From Tubiluchus corallicola (Eukaryota; Animalia; Priapulida): a stretch of DNA of 64,000 nucleotides. The notes beneath the pieces were generated by a model. That model was not told where the DNA came from and did not search any database. It was given only the letters and a program-made list of their open reading frames with translations. A program made the translations under genes and the position numbers. The DNA is taken from assembly GCA_030141605.1 (NCBI GenBank), contig JAQGDQ010000359.1:124001-188000 (forward strand). The letters are read 5' to 3'. Below, piece after piece: positions 44,001 to 55,366 of this stretch (position 1 is the first letter of the stretch; each line of letters starts with the position of its first letter).

Positions 44001-47000
44001 AATACCTAAAAGCAACTTTATGCTTCATTCAGCTAATATTAAAAATGTTCGTGTTCTTCACTTCTACCGTGCCTGCCTAGTTCAAATGATGAGTCGCACT
44101 AGGTACCAACCGTTATAGGTACTGCAGAATATGTAATAATATTGACCATGAATAATGTTGAATGAAGCATAATTAGGCCTACTACTTTCTGTCTGTCGCA
44201 TAGAACTTACTGTAACAAACCAGCTTTGCAATATGGTAGATTACAATAATACGTATCTAAACTAATGATCGGGGATATGGTGCAATATAAGCATTAAAAG
44301 TTGTGAAAATTCATTGTTATTTTTAATGTTAAATTAACGGCTTTATGTAATGGTCACTTTTATTGACTGCAAGTGGTTAAGTAATTCTACCACATCGCAA
44401 AGTAATTTGTTATATACGTAGATTTTAGTGTAAAGTTACAGTCAAATTTATGTCTGTGTCGTTATACTTTCATGACAGTTACAAACTTAAGAGTTAACCG
44501 CGCTGTATGCAGTGTAGTTTTGACCTAATGCTGATCGTCAAGTGTGAAATAGAAGAGTTTTTAATGAGTGCTTAAAACCTTACAAAATGTAGTGTCTAGT
44601 TTACTGCTAAAAGTTTCAGGCCGTCAGTTAACTATGTTGAAACAAACGGGTAATAATTCTTGAAAAAAGGTCATTATAGTTATCCCTAAGCATCGGTCTT
44701 TGCTGCTATAATCTGAATAAAGCTGGTTACACATAGTAGAAAACGTGGCAAATTACAGATTTTGCACTCAACATTGTAATTTGTCCAGTGTTTAGCAAGG
44801 CGAGTGTTAGTCCAAGTGTGTCTATGGTAAAGTGAAAGCAGGGCATGCACTCCATGCATTCCAACCCACTAAAATACTTTTGCTAAAGGTTGAATTAAAA
44901 TGTCAGTGTTTTTCTCAGCTATGTCCGACATAACTCTAAGAAACTAAGCAATAAACATTCTTTTGGGCCTGGGTGCCCTCTGGAAGGCCATGGAGCGCAT
45001 TCATGTTGAAATAATTAAAGGAATCTTCATACTTTAAATGTTATCATGTATCTAGTGTGTTACTTTCTTTTCTTTCTCTTCTGCTGCCTTGTAAGCATGT
45101 GCATGGCTTTATATGCTATGTAATTGTTTGCTACCCTGTTAGAAATCGTAGTCTCAGTACGTTGCTGTAACTTATGCCTATTATGGTATCAGTTTTTAGT
45201 AGTTGCTTGCACAAAGGTCGGTTTGCTTCTCTATATAACATCAACTGCATTCTTGTGTTTGATTTTGTTGTATGTCCTGAATAAGTTTTAGTTTTTAATG
45301 TCGTAAGATGATGAACTTTACTACTTTATTATTAATATTTTTATCTGGCATTTATTTAGGTCTACGATTTCTAGTCAAATTTAACGTTTTTGTTTTATGG
45401 CAGTTTTAATTTTGACAATTTATTCTACTCTAGCCAACTGTGTATAGGTACGCACATTCAGCGAAATTATATTTTGCAGAATTCCGGACAGCTTCAGTTT
45501 GCTACAACTCTGTTGGTATCGTAGAATGTTTGGACCACGAAGTTATGATGGTAGACCGTGCGCATTACGATGGTATAGATCGAGCGGGGAACAAGTGTCC
45601 ACAGAACACGGTGGGAAAACATTTTTTGTTGTCATAAAACGCTTAGATCTTTATTGAAACTCAGATGTAGACCTAACCATCAAACAAAGAAGTTTAGTTT
45701 TAGGAAATTATTTTTCTGCAAATTATACTCTCTTTAGAAGATTTGAATTTGTAGATCATTCACATGATAATCAATATTTTGATTGGTTAGCATTGGTGTC
45801 TGTCTTCATGTCAGAAGTGGGTGGGGCAAAGGGAAAGGGAACATCCTAAGCAGTTGCCCTTCCTATGTTGTAGTGATTATTTACTGAAAAATAAGGCATG
45901 TGATTGTGTTAACAGGTAGACAGCGTGTGCTCAAATGAAGTAACAGAGAAAGTGCGGAAAATGTGTTCTGGCTACAGCAGTTGTGTGCTGCGTATTCCCA
46001 GCAACGACTTCCCAGATTACTGCGGAGTAAAGGGTTACATCAGTGTGGTGTATGGTTGTGCACCAGGTAAGGAACATTCTGCAGTGGTAGACAGAAAGAT
46101 TTTGGTCATGCGACTCATGACAGTCAGATATACCTCACTTGCATGCTCTGTTCCCATGCAACAGGTTCTGTGTTTAAGTTTACTAATAGGCAGGGCTGAT
46201 TTATGACCTTTTGGGGCCCCCTGGTTAATGAAATTGTGAGGCTTCCTGAGATAGAGCCACCCTATAATGCGCCTGTGCCCTCACAAAAACTGGGCCCCTT
46301 TATCTCAAATAAAGGACCTCAAACAAGGGCAGTTTATCTCGTATGTGAACAAGGGCCCATTTTTTAAAATTCGGTTTTCAGACTCAGGCCTCCTTTCTTA
46401 AAGTTGAAAGGTGAAATTTTATTTGAAGTTAAATGAGTTATTCAGCAATGCAGAATATTAAAATATTATACTCGTTTTGTACAAAAATATATGTTTGAAA
46501 ACCTTGTAGCAGGGTCACTCAAGCTTGGGACCTCAAACTTGAGCCCTCAACAAAGCCAGGGTAATAGTGAGTTGCCAACCCTTATTCTGCTGCCTCAAGC
46601 CTAAATCATATTGGTGATGCATGTAATTGTGTAACAGCAATTTCATGTTTAACATTATGTTTTCTTAGAGAACATGTGTATGTGTATCAAATTAAACACA
46701 TAAAACTGAATTTACATAATAAAGCTTGTTTTTTATTGCTTTAGAAAATGAAATTATCACGACAACTGGAGAACATGTCTTGAACAAGGACATTAACTAC
46801 ATTCAGAGCCCAGGGTACCCACATGGTTACCGTCACAACAATGATATCACATACATAGTGAGAAACAATGAAGAAGAAAAAATGAGGATATCGGCCTACG
46901 ATTTTAGATTAGAAGCTACAGATAGGAGTGGAACATGTCAGGATTTCGTTAAGGTAATTACAGCCAAACCTCTTTATAATGCCTATATTTCTACGCAACT

Positions 47001-50000
47001 GAAAATAGACATTTTGTTTTGCTAAAAAAATTTGGCCATTAGCCGAGGTTGGCATTATAAGGGAGGGGGGTATAACGAGATTTAACTGTATTACCATATG
47101 ATATGATAAATAAATAATAGTTCAATAATAGTTTCCAAGATTTGAGCAATATTGTTACTAAGTAATTATAGTGTTGTGCACTAGCCTGATGACAATCTCG
47201 CTTTTCACCAGGGATTTCCAAGCACTAAACTGATCTACTTTTTTAGATATAGTCTGTGAGCAATTCAAAATTGTAGGTCATATAAAAGCGAAATGATAAT
47301 TTCATTTGTCCCTAAATCGTGGTTTTCTGCCACTTACAACTGCTTCTTCCATTCAAATTGCCTTAGCTGTCCATTCCCTATGCAACATTTTTTCCTACGG
47401 TATCAATTTTTTTTACATCTGAACATGACGAACAATAGAGTGGGGGTTAGAACAAAGTTGCTTAGGAGCCAGTTAATCTCCATATCATCAGAAAAGTTAT
47501 TTCCTCAAAAAAGCTAGAAGTTCATTTACTGTTTAAGTTAAATTTAACAACTATTTACAGCTTTTAAACCTGTTTTAATTGTGTGTTTTTACAAAGCCAT
47601 GACAACTGTTCAATAGACCTAGATTCTACAGACATAATTATCACTGTAAATGTTAGTAAATGAACATTAATTAAATTTTACGACAAACTTCTTAGATTAA
47701 CGTAAGCTGTTTGCTCACTGCATTGACTTAAACGCTGAGTGTAAAGAATTTCTTGGAGACTAAGACATATGCAACCTCTTAAAGTGCCTTGGTGCATTTT
47801 TGAACTTTTATATTCTTTGGTCAAACTGCAATAACACATTAACTGTTGCAGTAAAGTAATTAACGCAAACCAAAAGTACTGCTTCTACCACATTTGGATA
47901 TTGTGCGTCTGTCATATAAGACTTATTTTAAACTGCACCATATTTGCCATCTGTAGAAGATACTTGGTAGAAACATTCTCTACACAACACCCTCGAATAA
48001 AGCCAATGAAGACAAATGCTGATAGAAATATTGTGCCTGCCTCATCAGCAGCCCATTCAGTTTTTGCTGTGATATATTGCTTGACCCCTTGATGTCAGAA
48101 TATAGCACTTCTATAGCTATGTTATTGTTGACCGGTCTGGCAAATCTACCATATGTCCCAGATAGGCAGACGTACACCAGACTGACTAATGCAGTCAGAC
48201 ATCACTTTGCCAGTCACTATGTATAGTCAATTTTTGGTCACATGTCACACTTTGCTTGAACATACTTTAAAATAAACACGACAGGCTTTGGCAGAAAATG
48301 ATTTTTACAAAATTAATGTTGTTTGCAATGTTATATTCTACAAAGTATAAAGATTTACTAATTAACTTAACTTGCATGTTGAGTTATAGTAAACTAACTA
48401 ACTCAACATGACCGAAACATGTTGATTGTTCTACAATTAGATATGAAGGATTAATTTTGTTTTCCAGATTGTAAATAAAGATAACGGTGAAGAGACAACA
48501 CTCTGTGGCACACACACCCACTTGACTCGGGACTTAACAGCAAAACAAGTGGATATTATCTTCCACTCAGATTCAGAGTGGAATGAACGTGGATTCTTTC
48601 TGGCAGTTCAAAGTAAGTCTCACAGATAGAACTGTAGAAGCTGGGAACTTGCACTGCACTGCTGACATTATTCTGTAAATATCTGTTATGCATACAAGTT
48701 CTGAGAAAGCAGATAATAACAAAGACTTCATTGCATTCTAGCAAAATCTGGCATTCAATGGCAGGTTGTGGGGGATCAGATTTTAGCTTGAAAGGACAAT
48801 TGTTTTAGATAACATACTGAACTGACAGAAGATTCATATAAATCTTCTCTCAACAAGCTTAATCGACCCTGTGCCAAATGAAATCACACACAATGAAATT
48901 ACCCTTTCATTTACTTGCTGGGCTTAATGTTGCATAACTTTGGTTGCTAAGCACACACCAAGATCAGTCATTATTCCCATTACTCTCAGTGGCATTGTTT
49001 ATTTGCAAGTTCAGTTACTATGTTTTCTGTTGTATCAGTTGGCGTGCGAGCAGGAGCAATACCACCATTTGGAGCAACAGGCTCACAAGGTTCAGGGGAT
49101 GAAACCGATACTGCTGGTGCTAGGATACCAGGTATGCTAGAATACTTTACATTACTGGGCTTTTTGCAAAATAAAAGAAATTTAATTTCATTTTTAATTT
49201 TTCTGTCAACTAAATCATCTAAGAAAGAGCACAAGTTACATGTATACTATTAGCTGAGTCCACCCTTGCTGTGGGTGTTATTTTTGAATGCCATTTTTGC
49301 CACTTTATTGGGGGGTGGGTGCAAAGCTAAGTTGCCAGTAGCCTAAATTAAAAGCTGTAGAACCTTTCCAGGGCCATGCAGGTTCTTATGATACACCTTG
49401 GACTACTATGTCGAAAAAGTGTTATTTTTGGATGCTGTTTTGGAAGCTGGGCAGTGATCTAAACTGACATCAGCATAATTTTATAACTTTCCCAAAGACT
49501 ATGCTGGTTCTTATAGCACATCACATTTGGTGGCATACTCCAGATGATTATGCACCATGTTCGAAAACCTTCAGTGAGTGTACAAAATGTGTAAGATGTG
49601 CATCTTAAGTTCTTGTACTGAGATGTGTAAATTCTAGCAGATATAATTTTGATTAGCAAAAGAATCAGTACAGCTGCATATTATAATCAGTATTTGATTT
49701 CATTACAGGTAGCATTATTGCTGTGATAATTGTTGTCATTGTGCTGTTCCTCTTCTTCCTGGCAGTTTGCATCATTTGTTTGTGTAAAAAGTAAGTGCAA
49801 AACTGAGCTTTATATTACGTGAACAAAAACTAATAAACATTGCAGTAATTGCGAAACTCGAAAAAAACTTTATGCTAAAGACGAATGAATTTTTCTTCTT
49901 TCAGAAGGCAACAGCGAAGACGGAAAAAGGGACGATCAGAGAAGAAAACGCCTTCTGTTTATAACGTTGAAGATGATACGCTTACAAAGAAACCACTGCC

Positions 50001-51249
50001 CGATGATGACGAGTATAAGCCAGAAAAGGGTGGTCGTCCAAATGAAACATATACTGATAGTCAAGAGGCACTTGACAAGCTACGTGATCTTCCACAAACA
50101 GAAGAAGAAGAGACTCCAATGAGACAGAAGGGGCCAGCAAAACCAAGAAGAGCTGACAGTGGTGCTTATGAAAGATATTCTCTACCTGGAGAAGACGATG
50201 TTCCAGGAGCACCCCCAGGTGGCAGACAACCATATGACAAAGCACATAAAGGTCTGCCTAGTAAACCTGCTTACAGACCTGGAGATGAATATAAACCATA
50301 TCCAGAAGAGTATCCAGAGACCATGAACCCACTGGATTGGCCTCTAATTAGCCCCGATGAAGAAGAGAGACCACCTCCTTACAATGTATCTCCATCAGCT
50401 CCTCCAGGTACATTAAAGCATCCAGAAGTTCAGAGACCTAATACAGATGTGGCATATCCACCTTACGATGGTAGACCTGGTGAACGTGGCATTCCATCAG
50501 ATGGTAAGACAGGAAGTTTGCCTTATACCAAACCTGCACCGTGGGTAGATTTATCACCTACTTCATTGCCATATCAGCATCCCAGTGAGCCCAGACCATA
50601 TCCGTTAGAACAATATCCTGAATCACTGCATCCTTATCATCAAAAACCCCACATCGTTGTACCCTCATCTGCGCCTCCTGATTCTATTCCAAAAGTCACA
50701 ATAACACCACCGACTCATACAGAGCCGTTAGATGATGCACCTCACAGGAAAAGGTATCCAGACAGTCCTGATCCGTTCCATAGAACCCCGAGTCCAGATC
50801 CATTCAAGAGAACTCCTAAATCGAGTCCTGGGTCATCCATAGGACCAGTTGACCCAGAATTACGCTATAAGCCCCGCCCACAATATCGTTCACCAAATTA
50901 TCCTGGCTACTTTGATAATCCTACATATCCAGGAATTGATGACGAAGAGTCACCTAGACCACACCGCCTCCACAGAAGTCCAGGATTCACTTACTCTGAT
51001 CCACATTTAACTGATCTGGAACCACATGGAAGCATCTTTAAATGTGGAAGCAAATGTTTCTCATTTCCAGATCACCTGCATGATACTGGACGTGACAAAC
51101 CTCAAACAGATGAAGACAGGGAGCTAGATGATGCAATCAGAGCTGCAACAGGCGTCGATCCCGATAAAACTGTGAAAAAGTTGGAACTCAAACAAGATCC
51201 GGATAGCAGCTTTAGTTATACAGGATCGGGCCATGGGACAGCAGTGTGA
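35068..51249 (+). CDS. Receptor D: signal peptide, SUEL-like, CUB, stalk, TM, ~450-aa Pro/Tyr/acidic cytoplasmic tail (~745 aa, 8 exons)
   Basis: Exons 35068-35149 (MAGYKRMVPVAVWIWLTWACLSTVLGK, inferred across a 10.3-kb intron, phase matches), 45480-45610 + 45916-46066 (SUEL: SVCYN..VEC..VDRAHYDG..C..C..KVRKMCSGYSSCVLRI..DYCGVKGYISVVYGC), 46745-46953 + 48468-48612 (CUB: YIQSPGYPHGY..DFRLE..CQDFVKI..LCG..IIFHSDSEWNERGF), 49039-49131, 49709-49790 (TM then CIICLCKK), 49905-51249. Confidence 0.87.
38576..38855. mobile_element. MITE with perfect 15-bp TIR and 8-bp TSD (P-element-like CAAGG end)
   Basis: TIR CAAGGACTACTATAC ... GTATAGTAGTCCTTG; TSD ATCATGAC at 38568-38575 and 38856-38863. Confidence 0.85.
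46961..47088. mobile_element. Small pogo/Tigger-like MITE, TA target site
   Basis: TA|cagccaaacctctttataatgcc ... ggcattataa..tataacgagatttaactg|TA; begins 8 nt into the intron after the first CUB half-exon. Confidence 0.6.
47072..48431. repeat. Source arm of long inverted duplication (copy at 55478-56840)
   Basis: Near-identical reverse complement of 55478-56840; the ORF track shows the same short ORFs twice in opposite orientation. Confidence 0.95.
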
Positions 51250-53436
51250 TGTAAATAGTGTCTTAGCTTGTTAATGTTAAGAGACAGATTAATTACTAAA
51301 ATAATAATGAGTGTGATTAATGTTGTAAATATCTTGATAACAGTGTTAGCCAATGCTGGATGCTATGTGTTGCTAAGTGCCTAATGTAATTTTAAGCAGC
51401 TCAAATTGGTAAAATGACTTATTTATAGTTTTTGATTTTTAAGTTGTAATATAAAGGCATTCCATATCTAAACATTATGAACTATTACTGTGGCCAAATG
51501 ATTAATGATCTGAAAATTCCATGAGTGGTTGCCAAGTGCGAATTATTCGTTGTCAAGTGCAAAGTATTTCAGAAGCAAACCTAATCTTGAAAAAAACATT
51601 TTCTATTCTAATTGGGCAATACAAGTCCATTTCTAGCTACAATTTTACTTTCCCATATTTTGACTGAAAATAGCCAAAAAGTGCCGACAAGCAAAGTGTA
51701 AATTGCTTAGTAGGACAGCTTAGTAGGATTGCTTAGTAGTATTTTCATAGAAGTAAAAAAAGCTTTGATGTGAGAAAGCTGCAGTTTTATTGCTTACAGA
51801 AGAGTACGGAGTAAGAGATGTTAACTGGGATAACTATAATAAGGTATTTCTAAGTTACCAGAATAAAAAGTTATTAGTATTTAGTAAGCATATAAAGGCT
51901 TGTCATTTATATCACAAAACATTTATTGTTACAGTAACACAAAATTATTATGTGTATCAAATTAAGTCTATATTTTATACTATACAAAAATTCACTGCCA
52001 GTGCAAGAGACCTATAGTTGCTCTAACTGTAAATAAAATTATTTATATTGGGAGATGACCTAGTGTGGATTTCCAAAAACTACATTCAGGTGCGTAATGT
52101 TAATAGCTGTTATGGAATTCATGTATTATAACCTTTTAAATTGTTGGTCTGTCTAAATGATTCTTGTCCTGGGCCTAATTAAGGGATTACGTTTAAATTT
52201 TGTAAATTCATTAGCTTTCAAGCAATTTTAAATTATCAGCAAGACAGGTAATTAATTAGCTATAGTTAACCCAGGAATTTTTTTAATATTTGTGTATGCT
52301 CTCTGTGTTCTTTGGATCATATTCTGTTGATATGCAGATGATGTAACATGCTGAAATATAATTTGTGCAAATCACTCAGTGTGCCAATGATCATAACCAA
52401 TAAATTTAGCATTTCTGGACTATGAAAATGTTAAACAAAGACAGATATGAAGCCAATAGCTGAGAAAACCCAAATTACACATGTAATTAGTCACTTACTC
52501 GTTGGTTACTAATCATATTATTTTAGATCTTAATCTTTGCTGTTTATTTTTGCTTGTAACGACTAATATAAAAGTAATTTTTCTCGGATATTATTTATTT
52601 AGGTGTGAAACTTATCTGCTAGCACAGTGTAACTATGTGAATTGCAGGTGCTTAGAGGCAAATATCTGCACAGCTGCGGTGCAGATTGTTTCTTAAATAG
52701 CTCCCCAAGACTACCTGCTTTTATTTTTGCATATAGACATAAATGTTTCAGTAAAAATGAAATGAATTTATAAATTGTACAGCTGAATGAGAATTTTGCA
52801 TTGAACACATCAAAGCTCATGCACGCACACACACACACACATGTAGATATATACAGTGCCGGATGTTAAGCTGAAACACGTCTGCACACGGTAACTTTTG
52901 TTTGGGATACGAGTACACTCAACTGACACATGACTAATTGATTGCTTTTTGTTGGTCTCATCTGGTTTCGTATTATGGAAATTGTTGTACCGACTTCCGA
53001 GCCCGCATACGGGACCATGGTGAGTTTTTGTGACAGAAAAATAAGCATGACTAACAAAACATTTGTGCATAGAAAACTTGAAAGAAAACATATATCTGGT
53101 GTGCTTAAGAACAAACATCTATGTCTTACAAATTCTTGCCTGCGAATTTTGTTTCGTATGCGACTTGTATTACAAGCAGACTGAACCTTGCTTCTAGACG
53201 AGTTTTGATTTAAAACTGTTGAGTGACAACAGTTCATGACCATCTTCTGTGATTTGTAGGGTTTTAAATTATTTTTTGTAATTTTGTGGATATTAAATAT
53301 TTCTAATAAAGTGAATAAAATTTTCCTGGTTATTTTTCTCTCAAGTTTAACCCGCAAGTCTCTGCTTTACTTTAAAACGATGAATAACTATTGACAGTGT
53401 TTCTAGACGTTTTCCTCTAATAGATAAAACTAAAAA

Positions 53437-53690
53437 GGAGAGAGAGAGAGTGCAAGAGTGAACAAGAAGAGAGAGGGGGAAGGAGAGAGAATGAGAAAGA
53501 GATAGAAGTTAAGATTGGAGAAAAAGTGACAGAGATATAGAACGAAAGGGGAGAGAATGAAGAAAGGATGAGGTAAAGAGCAAAGTGTAAAAGACAATTG
53601 GGATGATGAGAGGGGGGAAAGGATAGAGAGGGAAGGAAAATGGGAGAGGGGGAGACAGAGGCAGGGAAGGAAGTTTAAGGGGGAAGCAGA
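53437..53690. repeat. Purine (GA)-rich low-complexity tract
   Basis: ~250 bp almost entirely A/G on the + strand. Confidence 0.8.
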
Positions 53691-54082
53691 AAATGCTTTA
53701 CCTTACCAAAATAGCAGATTTAGCGATTAAAAAATCTCTGGGAAACATTTTTCGAGTTTTCTAGGAAAAATTTTTCTGGGAAATGGTTTTTCTGTGAAAA
53801 AAATATGTGGGAAAACGGACCTAAATCATAGTAAGTGGAGCCAAAGCTCACAAGGAACAAGATGAAAACGCTTTAATATTATTCCAAAAATAGTATTAGG
53901 ATTCTTTCCTTTTTCTTTCACCTGAAGATAATGTACAAGTGTAGATTTAAAAACGTGTTTTTCCTTGCTTTAAAATGTAGCATTTCGCTGTAAGAGTAAG
54001 CTATAAGAGTTATTTTAAACGAGTAAACGTCACTGTAAAAATTGGTGATGTAACAATTTACATGTCGCTAATAACTGTTTTA

Positions 54083-55366
54083 TGTTGATGTACCTAGATT
54101 TCTATCTAGTAGAAATAACGAAATACAGTACACCATTATGCGTGTTACCGAACTACTTTATTTACAATGCGTTCTGACGCATTAATACATAACATCTCCT
54201 TTCTTTTGAACAAAAGTAAACAATAACAGGGCATTGTTAACAACAATAGTAAACATCCTTAAAGTAAACGTAACAGTAAAATTGACTTTGCCACTTTTCT
54301 TGAACTTTAAATTACAAAATGACTTTCATTACAGTTAAAAATGAATTAAGTTCTAGAAACTAAAAGTAATAGAAACTTTTTTTGCACTTAGCACAAAACA
54401 TTTTAAGTTAACTAATTATAATGCAGGGAAGTAACACTTATTTTTACAACTACGTACTTAACATAGTCAATAAGAGTACTAGGAGGCTTTGAGAGTCTTC
54501 CAGACCTGGTAAATACTGGCATTTTTTATGCTGAAATTTGAGGACGTGGTAGGTTGTGTTTCTGGTGTTGATAGCATGTTTGGATTAGAGGCTGTTCAGT
54601 TACTATAAAATGACATTCATCTAGGTAATTTTCTTGTTCAAATATATCTGTTTCTTGGGTTTCAACAAATCACGTCTGTTTCTTCTCCGGACTCTACCTG
54701 ATGGAGTAAGTACATTGTATGAACGTGGTTGAAGAGGTTGCCTATCTTGAGGTAATAAAAGTGCTGGCTGCCATTTGTCTTCATGTCTAACCCGAACAGT
54801 ACCTCCATGTTTTAATGGACTAAGAGTTCTCGACACTCTGTCAAAATAGTGTTTTGCCTTCTGTCTGTATTCATGTAGCTTTTCTTGTACATGTTCTGGT
54901 TGTTGTATTTTCGGGCTTAACAGTGTTGGATTTGTTGGTAATTTCGTTCGTGTTTGTTGAATATTCTTTGCGCCGGTGATCCAGTTACGTCATCTCTTGG
55001 TGTATTACTGTGATTAAGTAGCGCTAAGTACGGATATTTTCTAGATTCGTAGCATTTAATAAGTATGTTCTTGGTTATACCAACTGATTTCTCTACTAAT
55101 CCATTAGCTTGTGAGTGTCTTGGTGATATGCGGCTATGATCAAAGGCAAATTGATGTGCAAATTCAGCAAAGTCATTGCTACTAAATGGAGGACCATTAT
55201 CGGTTGTGTCGTGAGTACAAAACCATTTTTTGAGTTGTCTTGTGACCGTAGATGCTTTAGAATCTCGTTCTAATTTCTCAATCTCAAAAAATTCACTGTA
55301 GTAGTCAGTACAAATTAACCACTTGTAACCTAAGCAGTCAAACAGATCAGATGCTACATGTATCCA
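54083..55366 (-). mobile_element. Truncated Ty3/Gypsy LTR retrotransposon: integrase core/C-terminus, PPT and short 3' LTR
   Basis: Minus-strand translation from ~55365: WIHVASDLFDCLGYKWLICTDYYSEFFEI..TDNGPPFSSNDFAEFA..SPRHSQANGLVEKSVG..PYLALLNHSNTP..SPAQRIF, then (after frameshift) VRVRHEDKWQPA..PRSYNVLTPSGRVRRRNRRDL. PPT aaaagaaaggaga (~54195-54207) abuts a 112-bp TGTT...AACA LTR (54083-54194) containing AATAAA. Confidence 0.9.

Noticed and set aside
45397-45447. MAVLILTIYSTLANCV mini-ORF as receptor D signal peptide
   Set aside because: Ends in TAG, is out of frame with the SUEL exon and would need a ~32-nt intron; the 35068-35149 exon fits better.
48375-48410. Hairpin catgttgagtta...taactcaacatg as a Helitron 3' end explaining the duplication
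   Set aside because: No CTRR terminus at the duplication boundary and the copy continues with a second, non-contiguous intron piece.
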